Shown here in pieces: positions 7,872 to 18,000 of a stretch of 32,000 nucleotides of DNA. This DNA is from Copranaerobaculum intestinale (lineage in GTDB: Bacteria > Bacillota_I > Bacilli_A > Erysipelotrichales > Erysipelotrichaceae). Below the pieces are notes generated by a model. That model searched no databases. It was not told where the DNA came from and was given only the letters and a program-made list of their open reading frames with translations. The stretch covers positions 1-32,000 of the forward strand of contig NZ_WUUQ01000004.1 in the NCBI RefSeq assembly GCF_009831105.1, in the 5' to 3' direction. Position numbers and translations under genes: made by a program. How positions within the stretch are numbered: the stretch's first letter is position 1; every line of letters starts with the position of its first letter.

Positions 7872-8267
7872 ATGAATTATCTGATTGTCACTGGGCATGA
7901 ATGCTATGCCGACGGAGTAAAAGGAACGCTGGAAGCAATCGCAGGCGAGCAGAAACAGATTTATTATATCAATTATGATACCTGTACATCAGCCGCCGCT
8001 TTGACTGCACTTTATCAGGAAGTTGTAAACCGTGATACCGACGGAGGCTATTTGTTCGTATGTGATATTGCGGGAGCTACCCCATATCAGGCCGCTGCGA
8101 TGATGGCGATGAAGAATCCTCGGATTCATGTCGTGGGAGGAATGAATTTATCAGCTATTCTCGAGGTAATCTTCCATCTGGAGCTATCACTGGAGGAGCT
8201 TGCAGAAATGATGATCCATACCACTCAGCAGACGGCTATCCAATTTTTACCCAAAAAGAGGCAGTAG
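7872..8267 (+). CDS. PTS mannose-family EIIA component (copy 2)
   Basis: 131 aa from ATG 7872. NYLIVTGHECYADG contains the His, and CDIAGATPYQ corresponds to the D-x-x-GG(S/T)P-x-N loop of EIIA-Man. Confidence 0.75.
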   Translation: MNYLIVTGHECYADGVKGTLEAIAGEQKQIYYINYDTCTSAAALTALYQEVVNRDTDGGYLFVCDIAGATPYQAAAMMAMKNPRIHVVGGMNLSAILEVIFHLELSLEELAEMMIHTTQQTAIQFLPKKRQ

Positions 8268-8295
8268 CTGCCTCTTTTCTGAAAGGAGATGCAAT

Positions 8296-9459
8296 ATGAT
8301 TGATCGTATGAATACGGATGAGAAAATACTTAAGAATTCAGCTTATGTACTTCGGGAAATCGAACAGCAGCCAACCATTTGGATGCAAACCTATGAGCTG
8401 ATTCAATCTATGAAAAACGAGCTTCAGGAATTTTTAAAGGATTATGATGAGGTGATCTTTACCGGTGCTGGTACCTCTGAGTTTGTCGGCAATACGGTAT
8501 ATCGATCACTTTGTAAGAATGGGAATAAAAATGTATATTCGATCGGTACTACTGATCTGCTGTCCCATCCGCAGCTGTATTTTGATGATACGAAAAAGAC
8601 CGTGCTGGTATCCTGTGCCCGCAGCGGTAATTCACCGGAATCTGTAGCAGTGGTGGAGCTGGCCAACCAGTATTTAAAAAATCAGGTAAAGCATCTGATC
8701 CTGACCTGTAATCCGTTGGGTAAGCTGGCACAGTACGGAAAACAAAAGGAGCATGCGCTTTTGGTGCTCATGCCGGAGGGAACCAATGATTTAAGCTATG
8801 CAATGACCTCCAGCTTTACCTCGATGGTGCTGTCCGGCTATTTGTGTTTTCATCTGGATTCCCTGGATCAGCAGCTTCCCTATGTGGACTGGATCGTAAA
8901 AAACGGTAATGCTGTGCTGAACACATACAGCAGCGACTTGAAGAAGATTGTCAATGAACGGGCTTTTGATCGCTTGATCTATCTGGGCAGCGGCAATTTG
9001 AAAGGACTGGCACAGGAAGCGGCGCTGAAAGCACTGGAGTTGTCGGCAGGCAAGCTGTGTACGATGTATGATTCACCGCTTGGCTACCGCCATGGCCCTG
9101 CCTCCTTCGTCAAAGAGCGCTTTTCCTCTTTGATCGTGTGTCTGTTTACCGGTGATGAATATGCAGATGCCTATACACTGGATATGCTGAAGGAAATGCG
9201 GGGATATGAAAATGAGCATAACTTCTTTCTTGTGATGGCCCCAGACACCAAAGCGGACTATGCACCGTACTGTGATGGCGTTGTGAAGCTTGCGGGAACG
9301 AATATTCCGGAATGCTATTTGGCCTTGCCGTATATTTTGGCAGCTCAGCTGATCGCGGTATACCGAAGCTGGCTGTACGGCATTGGGTGTGATATTCCCT
9401 TTGGCACGTATGAAACTACATCTCCGGTAAAAACCATTATTCATCCAAAATCTTCCTAA
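8296..9459 (+). CDS. agaS: AgaS-like double-SIS-domain sugar-phosphate isomerase/deaminase (putative galactosamine-6-P deaminase / tagatose-6-P ketose-aldose isomerase)
   Basis: 387 aa. Blocks REIEQQP, FTGAGTSEFVG, SCARSGNSPESVAVVELANQ, YAMTSSFTSM, YLGSGNLKGLAQEAALKALELSAGK and YDSPLGYRHGP align colinearly with E. coli AgaS as I recall it. Confidence 0.8.
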   Translation: MIDRMNTDEKILKNSAYVLREIEQQPTIWMQTYELIQSMKNELQEFLKDYDEVIFTGAGTSEFVGNTVYRSLCKNGNKNVYSIGTTDLLSHPQLYFDDTKKTVLVSCARSGNSPESVAVVELANQYLKNQVKHLILTCNPLGKLAQYGKQKEHALLVLMPEGTNDLSYAMTSSFTSMVLSGYLCFHLDSLDQQLPYVDWIVKNGNAVLNTYSSDLKKIVNERAFDRLIYLGSGNLKGLAQEAALKALELSAGKLCTMYDSPLGYRHGPASFVKERFSSLIVCLFTGDEYADAYTLDMLKEMRGYENEHNFFLVMAPDTKADYAPYCDGVVKLAGTNIPECYLALPYILAAQLIAVYRSWLYGIGCDIPFGTYETTSPVKTIIHPKSS

Positions 9460-9507
9460 ACTATACTTTTTATAGTTAATGGTTTAGGATATGAATGAGG
9501 TGATTGC

Positions 9508-11439
9508 ATGTATTTGAGTAAGCGAACGATATTATTATTTCATACCCTTTCTAAGAGCGAAGGACCGCTTACCAGTAATTATCTGTCACAGGTTGTCGGC
9601 GTCACCTCCCGTACGGTGAAAAAAGATCTGCAGGTTTTGGGCGAAATCATCGCTTCGTATGGAGCGAAGCTTTGCTCAAAACCGGGCCGCGGCTATCAGA
9701 TCTATGTCGATGATGAGCGATCTTATCAAGAACTGGTACGGCTGATGGAACAAAATGATCTGGTTGCGGATCAGAATATTCCCCGTTATTCCTACGAGCG
9801 AGTGAATTACATCATAAAAAAATTATTGATCATAGATTATTACATTAAATTTGAAGATTTTATGGAAGAACTGTATGTCGGGCGATCAACGATTACCAAT
9901 GATATGAAAATGGTGCGTGAAAATCTTCAGCAATATGGTCTGAAGCTGATCCATACTCCATCACGGGGCACGATCATCACCGGAAAGGAAAGCGCTAAAC
10001 GCCAATGCATTGCCGAGTATTTCTTTCATAATGCAGTGGGGGAGCGCTTCTATGTCAAAGATAATATTATGTTCAATTCCAATCAGAATCAAAAAGAGCT
10101 GGCGCATCTTCGTCATGAATTATTGTCGGTGCTGATGGATTATCACATTCATCTGTCAGATCTGTCTGTCGAAAATCTGATGATTCATATTGCGGTCATG
10201 ATGCGCAGACTGACTTTTTCCAATTATGTAGAATGCAGTGAAGAACAGATGTCCTATGTGGCTGACACACCTGAATGGGAAGCTGCTTTGAAATACTGCG
10301 GAATTTTGGAAGACGTGCTGGATATGGATATTCCCCGATCGGAAGTTGTTTATCTGACGATGCATTTGATCAGCAAACATATTAATGAACAGATGGATGT
10401 ATCAGCGAAACGGCAGAATGATCTGCGGGAGGTGATTATCAAGGGACTTAGGGCAGTGAAGAAGCAATACCGGATTGATCTTTGCGGTGATCTCGAATTG
10501 ATCGATCTTCTGATTCTGCACTTGGAGCCGATGATCAGACGAATCCAGATGGGGATGGTCATGCGGAATCCGTTAGCCTATGAATCGACGATTCGTTATT
10601 TATATGCGTCGTGGATCACAGCCGGTTTCTGCCGGGAGATCGAAGCCAGCTATCATATCCACATTGATTTTAATGAGTTCGGTTATCTGGTGCTGTATTT
10701 CAATATGGCAGTGGAACGCTGCCGCAATGCGGAAGTGAAGAAGGTTGCGCTGGTCTGCGGCCGCGGCCGTCCGGAAATGATAACGATATTGTCACAGATG
10801 AAGGAAGCCCTGGCAAAGTATCATGTGACCTTCACGATGATGGATACCTATCAGATTCCTCAAATTAATGTACAGGATTACTATCTGATCATCAGCACAG
10901 TTCCGCTGGAATTGCCGAAAAGTGCACCGCTGATTGTTTTGCATGCGTTTGATGAATCGGAAATTCACACCGTAAAACATTTTTATCAGTATTTAGAATT
11001 TAAGGATATTCCTTTTTCCCGCTATTTGAAAAGCAGTCGGGTCGTATCCCTTCGCGGTGAACATATTCATGCGGTATTGAAATCCTTTTCCCGCATTTTG
11101 GAAAAACGGATGGATGACTCTGCCGGAAAATGGAATCAGATCAACGAAATGCCGCTGTGCATCAGCGATAATCACATTGCCGTGCTGCTAAACGGCGTAG
11201 ATGCGGCTGAGACATCGTTTTTAATCGGTAAGCTGGAAAAACCAATTGAAAAAGATCACCGCATCATTCAGGTGATCATCTGTGTGCAATGTGCTGCTTG
11301 TGATATGGGATGGCTGTCCGGTATTCTGTATGTTCTTTCTAAATGGATTCGTGATGAAGAACAGGTAAACAGTTTTTTCAAGGACAGCAGTATTTCCTGC
11401 ATTCAAAAACAATTTTTAGATATCATTGAGCGTGAATAA
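9508..11439 (+). CDS. PRD-domain transcriptional activator of the MtlR/ManR/LicR type (HTH-Mga-PRD1-PRD2-EIIB-like-EIIA-like)
   Basis: 643 aa. N-terminal winged HTH (LTSNYLSQVVGVTSRTVKKDLQVL). Two PRD-like segments with conserved His (LMIHIAVMMRR, YLTMHLISK, LILHLEPMIRR). EIIB-Gat-like VALVCGRGR with Cys. C-terminal EIIA-like region. No sigma-54 AAA+ module. Confidence 0.8.
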   Translation: MYLSKRTILLFHTLSKSEGPLTSNYLSQVVGVTSRTVKKDLQVLGEIIASYGAKLCSKPGRGYQIYVDDERSYQELVRLMEQNDLVADQNIPRYSYERVNYIIKKLLIIDYYIKFEDFMEELYVGRSTITNDMKMVRENLQQYGLKLIHTPSRGTIITGKESAKRQCIAEYFFHNAVGERFYVKDNIMFNSNQNQKELAHLRHELLSVLMDYHIHLSDLSVENLMIHIAVMMRRLTFSNYVECSEEQMSYVADTPEWEAALKYCGILEDVLDMDIPRSEVVYLTMHLISKHINEQMDVSAKRQNDLREVIIKGLRAVKKQYRIDLCGDLELIDLLILHLEPMIRRIQMGMVMRNPLAYESTIRYLYASWITAGFCREIEASYHIHIDFNEFGYLVLYFNMAVERCRNAEVKKVALVCGRGRPEMITILSQMKEALAKYHVTFTMMDTYQIPQINVQDYYLIISTVPLELPKSAPLIVLHAFDESEIHTVKHFYQYLEFKDIPFSRYLKSSRVVSLRGEHIHAVLKSFSRILEKRMDDSAGKWNQINEMPLCISDNHIAVLLNGVDAAETSFLIGKLEKPIEKDHRIIQVIICVQCAACDMGWLSGILYVLSKWIRDEEQVNSFFKDSSISCIQKQFLDIIERE

Positions 11440-11509
11440 AAAATCCCATGTGAAATGACCCGCTTTGTTGGCAGTCCAACTCTGGGTATCATCTCATAGG
11501 GATTTTTTT
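11438..11509. terminator. structured bidirectional terminator region between convergent genes
   Basis: AAAAAATCCCATG...CATAGGGATTTTTTT outer pairing with an inner GTTGG-CAGT-CCAAC hairpin. The outer stem is imperfect and the loop is long. Confidence 0.4.
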
Positions 11510-12350
11510 ACGACTTCATTTTGACAACCCGGTAAGGATAGGCAAAGGGGATGCCTGCTTCATCAAAGCGCTTCTTGATAGTGAGACGCAGATCACACAG
11601 CATCGCGAATCCGATAGCGTTATCTTTGGAGTATGCGGTTGTCTTTAAGAGAATGCCGCGCTCCTGGTAATCGACCAGCCGGGTGATGACCGGAGGTACT
11701 TTGTCTTTGATTTCCTTGGGCGTACGTACATCGATAAAGTCCGGATGTTCATATACTGCCTGATTGATAATCGAGATAGCCATATCGATATCAGCGTCAT
11801 AGCTGATCGGTATTTCCAGAAAGTTCGCTTTCTGATTCCCGTTGTCCGTGACATTTTCAAGCGTTGCCTTATTCATTTCACTGTTGGGAATCATTACATG
11901 AGTATTTTCAAACGTCCGGATCACCGTATGGCGAAGTGAAATATCTTCCACTGTTCCAACCAGCTGACCGTCGTTTAATTTGATCAGATCGCCGATGCGA
12001 AACGGCTTGAATATCGAGATCATCATGCCGTTTACGAGGTTTCCGAGTGCTTCCTGGGCCGCTAAGCCGACGACAACTGCGACAACTCCGGAGCTGGCTA
12101 ATAAAGTTGTCCCGATGCGCTGAAGCGGTATGATCTGCATCATGATCGCGTAGGCGGCAAAGCTGTAAACAATGATACTTTTGATGCGCAGTGCGAATTT
12201 TGGTTTATCTTTCGCGCGATGCAGTATCACTTTTTTCAAAACGTTAGATATGATAAAGGATATGAGCAGGATAATGAGAACGGAAAGGATAAAGTTTAAA
12301 AGTCCGTTTTCCAGATAACTGCTTCCAAATTCTGATAATTGCTTCCACAT
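11508..12350 (-). CDS. mechanosensitive ion channel, MscS family
   Basis: 280 aa from ATG 12350 (GGAGGA RBS 7 nt upstream; the track ORF extends to 12542 without support). TM helices followed by the MscS beta-domain signature GDLIKLNDGQLVGTVEDISLRHTVIRTFENTHVMIPNS. Confidence 0.85.
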   Translation of the reverse strand: MWKQLSEFGSSYLENGLLNFILSVLIILLISFIISNVLKKVILHRAKDKPKFALRIKSIIVYSFAAYAIMMQIIPLQRIGTTLLASSGVVAVVVGLAAQEALGNLVNGMMISIFKPFRIGDLIKLNDGQLVGTVEDISLRHTVIRTFENTHVMIPNSEMNKATLENVTDNGNQKANFLEIPISYDADIDMAISIINQAVYEHPDFIDVRTPKEIKDKVPPVITRLVDYQERGILLKTTAYSKDNAIGFAMLCDLRLTIKKRFDEAGIPFAYPYRVVKMKS

Positions 12351-12430
12351 AGGAATTTCCTCCTTTACTGACACTATTATACACGCATTTCCCCCTTTGA
12401 TAAAAAAATAAGTGGAATTATGTGATACAG

Positions 12431-12458
12431 TTGATATAAACCGAAAAAGATATATAAT
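12431..12458 (+). promoter_or_regulatory. sigma-A-like promoter
   Basis: TTGATA (12431-12436), 16-nt spacer, TATAAT (12453-12458). It is followed by an AGAGGTG RBS and GTG 12485. Confidence 0.6.
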
Positions 12459-12484
12459 TATGAGTAAACAGAGGTGTAAATAAC

Positions 12485-12940
12485 GTGGATATAAGGAGTA
12501 AAAAGCTAAAAACCAGAAACTTGCCAGAACCCCGAGAAGCAATTGACAAAATCAACGCTAAGCCGTATGTATTTATCGCATTGTTTCTTTTTATTGGTCT
12601 GTATATGTTTTTCATGACAAGCTATCTATGGGGCATTTTCATGATTGCCATATTCCTGTATTATCTGGTGTTTGTAAAAAATAAGATACTAACAGAATTT
12701 TATGAGGATTACATCGTTTTCTATAATGAAAAAGATGCGGAGGAGTGCTACATCGTATTTTATGATGAGATAAAAAGCTGGTCTTACGAAGTAGGGCGCT
12801 TTGCGACTGATACGGTGCAGATTACATTTAAAAACGGTAAACGGATTGCTTTTGACTGTTTGTCAAAACGGAAAATGAAACGTTATTTAAGTGAACATGT
12901 CGGTGAGATGACAAAGAAAAAAAGCACAGCGGTCAAATAA
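12485..12940 (+). CDS. hypothetical membrane protein (two TM helices plus a small C-terminal soluble domain)
   Basis: 151-aa ORF with GTG start, supported by the promoter and RBS just upstream. Hydrophobic segment YVFIALFLFIGLYMFFMTSYLWGIFMIAIFLYYLVF. I recognise no family. Confidence 0.5.
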   Translation: MDIRSKKLKTRNLPEPREAIDKINAKPYVFIALFLFIGLYMFFMTSYLWGIFMIAIFLYYLVFVKNKILTEFYEDYIVFYNEKDAEECYIVFYDEIKSWSYEVGRFATDTVQITFKNGKRIAFDCLSKRKMKRYLSEHVGEMTKKKSTAVK

Positions 12941-12956
12941 CGCTGTTTTCTTTTTT
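12926..12956 (+). terminator. weak terminator/attenuator overlapping the stop codon
   Basis: ACAGCG-(9-nt loop)-CGCTGT followed by TTTCTTTTTT. The stem is only 6 bp. Confidence 0.45.
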
Positions 12957-12974
12957 CAAGGATGGAGGATGTTT

Positions 12975-13814
12975 ATGAAAAATTATCAGGATTATAAGCG
13001 CATGATGATGGATTGTTTTCGCGATAACCGGGTTAAGCTTACGGTAATGGTGATCGTGCTGCAGCTGCTGAATGCCTTGATCGGCTATGCGGATGCAATG
13101 ATCACGGAGAATGTGAGCGGATCGGCACTGCTGATGTATGTGCTGCTGTTCGGCTTATTATTGATCGTAAATTTTGCTTTGCTGTTTGTCTTTTTATCTA
13201 CGCTTCGCGGTTCCTGTTCGATTATAGAAGAAGCAAAATATTCACTGAAGCGGTTTCCGACCGAGCTTGGCTTTACGGTTTTGATGAGTATTTTTTCCAC
13301 CATGATCATGATGCTGCTCGCGATCATGCTGACAGCGATTCCTATGCTTTACATGGTGCTTGCTTTTATCGTATCGGTCATCGTTGTCATCTTGCAGTGC
13401 TTCTTCGCTTTTGCGGTACACGATGGATGCAAGGGGGTATTCTCAATCCTAGCAACGTGTATTACGCTGCTGAAGCGTAACTGGAAGCCGCTGGTGCGGG
13501 CTATGATCCCTTATCTGGTATTCAGCCTGGTGATATCCTTCGCACTGCAGCTGCTGATTCAGGGTCAGTTTAAAAACAGTGTTACGACCCAGCAGGCAAT
13601 CATACAGGCATTTGATAAGCAGAAGATGACGCTTGCCTATGAAATCCTTGGTCTGTATCTATTGAATTACCTTGGTTCAGCTGTATTGCTGACCTATGTT
13701 TATCTGTATTATGCACAGGTTTATGAAACCGAAATTGAATTATTTCCGGTACAGAATCCGATATCCGGAACTATTACAATCGACATTGTAGAAGAACATA
13801 CTGAGGACATATGA
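12975..13814 (+). CDS. multi-pass membrane protein of unknown function
   Basis: 279 aa from ATG 12975 (GGAGG 6 nt upstream; the track start 12969 abuts the RBS). About 6 hydrophobic helices. No recognised catalytic motif. Confidence 0.6.
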   Translation: MKNYQDYKRMMMDCFRDNRVKLTVMVIVLQLLNALIGYADAMITENVSGSALLMYVLLFGLLLIVNFALLFVFLSTLRGSCSIIEEAKYSLKRFPTELGFTVLMSIFSTMIMMLLAIMLTAIPMLYMVLAFIVSVIVVILQCFFAFAVHDGCKGVFSILATCITLLKRNWKPLVRAMIPYLVFSLVISFALQLLIQGQFKNSVTTQQAIIQAFDKQKMTLAYEILGLYLLNYLGSAVLLTYVYLYYAQVYETEIELFPVQNPISGTITIDIVEEHTEDI

Positions 13815-13915
13815 TAAAAATTTCACTTTTGTGATTAAAATTACACAAAATGTTATAAATTAGCAGAATTTAGCGGTTTTTATGTAGATATTTGTCATTT
13901 TTATGACTCAAGATA

Positions 13916-13944
13916 TTGAAAGATTGACTATGACATTGTATAGT
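13916..13944 (+). promoter_or_regulatory. sigma-A-like promoter of the LysR-family gene
   Basis: TTGAAA (13916-13921), 17-nt spacer, TATAGT (13939-13944). Confidence 0.5.
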
Positions 13945-13983
13945 TAAACTGTAAATTACATAAAGGCCGGAGGAATCAACTAT

Positions 13984-14892
13984 ATGTTAGACTATCGATT
14001 ACTGACATTCATGAATCTTTATCAGACGATGAATTATACGAAAACAGCCAAAAATCTGAAAATTACACAACCGGCTGTGACCCAGCATATTAAGTATCTG
14101 GAAGCAGCCTATCAGGTAAAGCTGTTTCATTATGCTAAGAAAAAATTGACCACGACCAAAGAGGGAGAATATTTATACCGCTGTGCTTCTGCACTGCAGG
14201 CAAACAGCTCAAAAGTGTTCTCAGACATTCTGTGTTTGAATGAAGACAAGACAAGCCTGAAGCTGGGAGCAAGCGCTACGATTGCCCAGTATTGGATGCC
14301 CGCCGTACTGAAACGGCTTGAAGATACCGATCGTATGTTCGAGGTTGAATTGACGGTAGATGCAACCGATCAGCTGGTGAATCAGCTGCGCCGCGGTGAA
14401 ATTGATATGGCGTTTGTCGAGGGCAACTTTGACAGCAGTACCGTACACGCTCAGGCGCTCCGTAAGGAAGAAATTGTGTTGGCAGTTCCTGTGGATCATG
14501 AACTTTCATCAAAAGGTACGGTCAGCTTCAATGATATTTTAGATGAGCGGCTGCTGCACGGGGATGAGCATGATGTATGCGGCGCGGTAGTGAACCAGGC
14601 TTTGCAGACAAACAATCTGAGCGTGGGCAGCTTCCGTTCTCATATGGTAATCAATGACAATGAAGTGATCAAGCAGATGATCAAAGAGGGGATCGGCATC
14701 GGCTTTGTATACCAAAGCGCAATCCGTGAAGAGCTTGCGGAGCATGCTTTAGCGGCAGTTAAGATCAAGGGCTGTAAACTGATGCGTGAATTCTTTATGA
14801 TTTATTTGAATGAAACGATTTTTAAGGATCAGTTTCAGGAATTTTATCACAGCTGTCAGATGATACTGAAGGATTTGAATTCCAATATATAA
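13984..14892 (+). CDS. LysR-family transcriptional regulator
   Basis: 302 aa with GGAGGA RBS. The N-terminal L..F..L...MNYTKTAKNLKITQPAVTQHIKYLE is the LysR HTH signature, followed by a periplasmic-binding-fold effector domain. Confidence 0.9.
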   Translation: MLDYRLLTFMNLYQTMNYTKTAKNLKITQPAVTQHIKYLEAAYQVKLFHYAKKKLTTTKEGEYLYRCASALQANSSKVFSDILCLNEDKTSLKLGASATIAQYWMPAVLKRLEDTDRMFEVELTVDATDQLVNQLRRGEIDMAFVEGNFDSSTVHAQALRKEEIVLAVPVDHELSSKGTVSFNDILDERLLHGDEHDVCGAVVNQALQTNNLSVGSFRSHMVINDNEVIKQMIKEGIGIGFVYQSAIREELAEHALAAVKIKGCKLMREFFMIYLNETIFKDQFQEFYHSCQMILKDLNSNI

Positions 14893-14900
14893 TATAGGAT

Positions 14901-14929
14901 AGTCAGTCTTGATAAGGACTGACTTTTTT
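14901..14929 (+). terminator. rho-independent terminator after the LysR gene
   Basis: AGTCAGTC-(TTGATAAG)-GACTGACT: a perfect 8-bp stem followed by TTTTTT. Confidence 0.8.
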
Positions 14930-15075
14930 AGTAAAAGCACGGGGCGGTGATGTTTATATGTCACGGCTTTTTTTCTAGTTTTATCAGTTTTTATGAAAAT
15001 CGAATATCCTTTTCCAACTGGGCACATATAATAGAGTGTCTTGAAGTATGTGTGTGATATCGAAGGAGGATAAAG

Positions 15076-18000
15076 ATGAATTCATGGAGAAATGTAGTAT
15101 TCGGCAGATGTATTCCTAGTCTTCTGGCAACGATTGGCCCGGATGACTGCCAGCCTAATTCTTCGGGGTCACTGGATGTCATCGTCCAGCTTAAGGATAT
15201 AGCAGGCAACGTATCACCGTTGCCGGATGGTCTATTTTTGACAGTCAGTGATTCTAAGGAAACGATGCAGACGCTGCCGTTGGCAGCCAATGATGATGGT
15301 ATTGCTCATCTGACATTAACCGATATGACCGGGGTAGAGGCAGTTGCGGTCTTGACCGATAAGGATGGTTACCAGATGATGAACGGGGACCGTTTTATGA
15401 TTCGCTATGTGGTGGATGAGGAAGTGCAGGAAGAGGATTATGCTCATATATACTTCCGCAACGATCATCATGAACTGCGTATCGAATGTATGAAGCAGGA
15501 TCCGACAGAATTAGAGCTTTACACAGTAAAACGCAATGAATTTAATGAAATCGTGCCGCTTGAGGATGATGACTGTTATGTCGTGCATATCACGCAGTCA
15601 AAACGAGATCACGTGGTCACACTGGATCGCGGTAATGATCACCACGTTACGCTTCAGGATGTGTTCAGCGGTATGGTGTGCATCCATATGGAAGATGCAG
15701 AGGGTTATGCGTTGAGCTATCGTTTCAATAACGGACCGGAAACCGATTGCGGTGAAATGGATATTTTAGCCGGCACGCATAACGAAGCACAGTTGATCCT
15801 CACCAAGAAGCCATCGAATATATTGACATTGACTAAGCTGATCCGCGAGGATGACGGTACCCTGGTTGTACCGCAGAATGGATGCTTCTCGGTACATGTA
15901 TTGGGTGCTTCGATGGATCAGATCGTGATGTTGAATGAAGCCAACCATTTTACCGCTGATCTATTCGATATGTGTCCGGGCACGTATTCCATCAGTGAAG
16001 AATGCACCGGCGGCTATGAGGTAAGCTACATTGTGAACGGAATGCCGGAATGTAATTATGCCCAGGTGGAAATGGATGCCTGTGACAGCAACGACGTTAT
16101 GATCATCAATTCGTATCCGGTGAGTGATGACTGCTGTGGATCACGTTTGCGCATTTGCAAGTATATCCGTGATGATCATGGGCGGCTGAATCGGCCATGC
16201 GGCTGTGAAAGCTTTAAGGTCATGCTTACCGGCTGCGGCCGTCAGGAAGTATTTAATTTAAACGAGTCTAATAATTGGTGTGTGGATATTGATACGATCT
16301 GCAGCGGCTATTATGAGGTATGCGAGCTAGACTGCAATGAATACAGCACTTCTTATATTGTGAACGGCGGCGAAGAAATGACAACTGCCTGTGTCAATGT
16401 GAGTGAGGGCTTCTCCAACAGTGTTAAAGTGGTCAACACCGAACGCTGTAAAGGAAGGGTTACCATCAGCAAATATATTCGTAATGAAAATGGTGAGCTG
16501 GTGCGTCCGAAACGTGATTATGTGTTTTATGCGACGCTGAAAAGCTATTTCATGAAAGAGAGCTTTGTGCTGAACGAGGCGAATGATTGGTGTGTCAGCT
16601 TCGATAATCTTCGCGAAGGCAGTTATGAAGTCAAGGAACAGTGTCTGGATGATATGGACACATGGTATATGGTAAACGGCTGCCCGATGAATCGTAAAGC
16701 TCGTTTCATCGTAGAGGGAAGTGGCACCAATGAAGTAAAAATCGTTAATGAAGAACGTCCTAGTCACATCGGTACGCTGACGATCTGCAAGATGATGGAA
16801 ACCGAAGGCGGAGCATTGGTAAAGCCGTCCGGCAGTGATCGTTTTGAAATTCGGCTGGAAGGCGGCGGAGAATGTGTGGATACGACCCTTTCATACCGTA
16901 ATGGTTGGAGAATCTGTGCGGATGATCTGCGCCAGGGAACATATTGTGTCAGCGAGTTGAACAGTGAGAATGTACGCTATCTGGTTGATGGCTGTGAACG
17001 CAGCTGTGCCTGTGTGGAAATGGATGAATGTCCGCATGAGATCGTTATTATCAACCCGGAGGATCGCTTTGGCACACTGCGTATCTGCAGCCGCATTGAA
17101 ACCTGCGACGGCGATCTCAACCGACCGGATGATCGTGAATGCTTCACGGTGCTGGTAGAAGGCCGCAAATTCTCTAAGGAATATGTGTTAAGCTGTGAGA
17201 ATAACTGGTGTATCAGCATGGATCAGCTACCAAAGGGACGCTACCGCATTTACCAGAAGGATGATTATGGTTATCTGGTAAGCTATGAAATCAACGGAAA
17301 ACGCAAAAACCGTGCTTCAGTTTCATTATATGAACAGGATATCGAAGTAACGATCATCAATCAGGTCCGCACCTGTGTCGGAGAAGTCTGCATCAGTAAG
17401 TGGATATGTGACGACGGTGAGCTGTATACGCCGGAATATGGCTGCTATGAAATAGAGCTGAAAGGCCGTCGGTACAAGGAATGCTTTACGCTGGATGCGG
17501 AGAATAGCTTTACAGTTTGTCTGAATGATCTGGAGGAAGGCAAATATCATGTGAAGGAAATCAAGGGAAATGGTCGTATTTTAATCAATGGCTGCGACAG
17601 TGACGGTTCCTTTATAGTAGGCCGTAGTGATATTGATATCAGAGTAGTAAATGACACGATACCGGTACCGCTTGTAACGATTGAAAAACAGCTCAAGGAT
17701 GAGTGCGGCAATTTATGTAAGCCAGAAGAGGATGACTGTTTCGAAATTCTGGTGGAAGGCAAAAACTGCCGAGACTACTATACGCTGGACTGCACCAACG
17801 ACTGGAAGATCTGTCTGGATCAGCTGGAAGCAGGCATGTATCACATTTATGAAAAAGCATGCGGCTATGAAGTAAGCTTTATGATTGACGGAGAGTGCCG
17901 CAATGACGGCAGCTTCTCAGTTGCAAAGAAAGATGTCCACATCCTGATGATCAACGAAATGCTTCCGCATGCCGATGTTGAAGTCAGCAAGTGGATTCGT

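Noticed and set aside
9459-9477. AT-rich hairpin AACTATA-CTTTT-TATAGTT between agaS and the PRD regulator gene
   Set aside because: It is a 7-bp stem of A/T pairs except for one C-G, with no T-run. It is too weak to call a terminator or operator, and the regulator is probably co-transcribed or read through.
13822-13852. Inverted repeat TTTTGTG-N10-CACAAAA after the membrane protein gene / upstream of the LysR gene
   Set aside because: It is a short A/T-rich stem without a T-run. It could be a LysR-type T-N11-A-like site, but I have no evidence beyond the symmetry.
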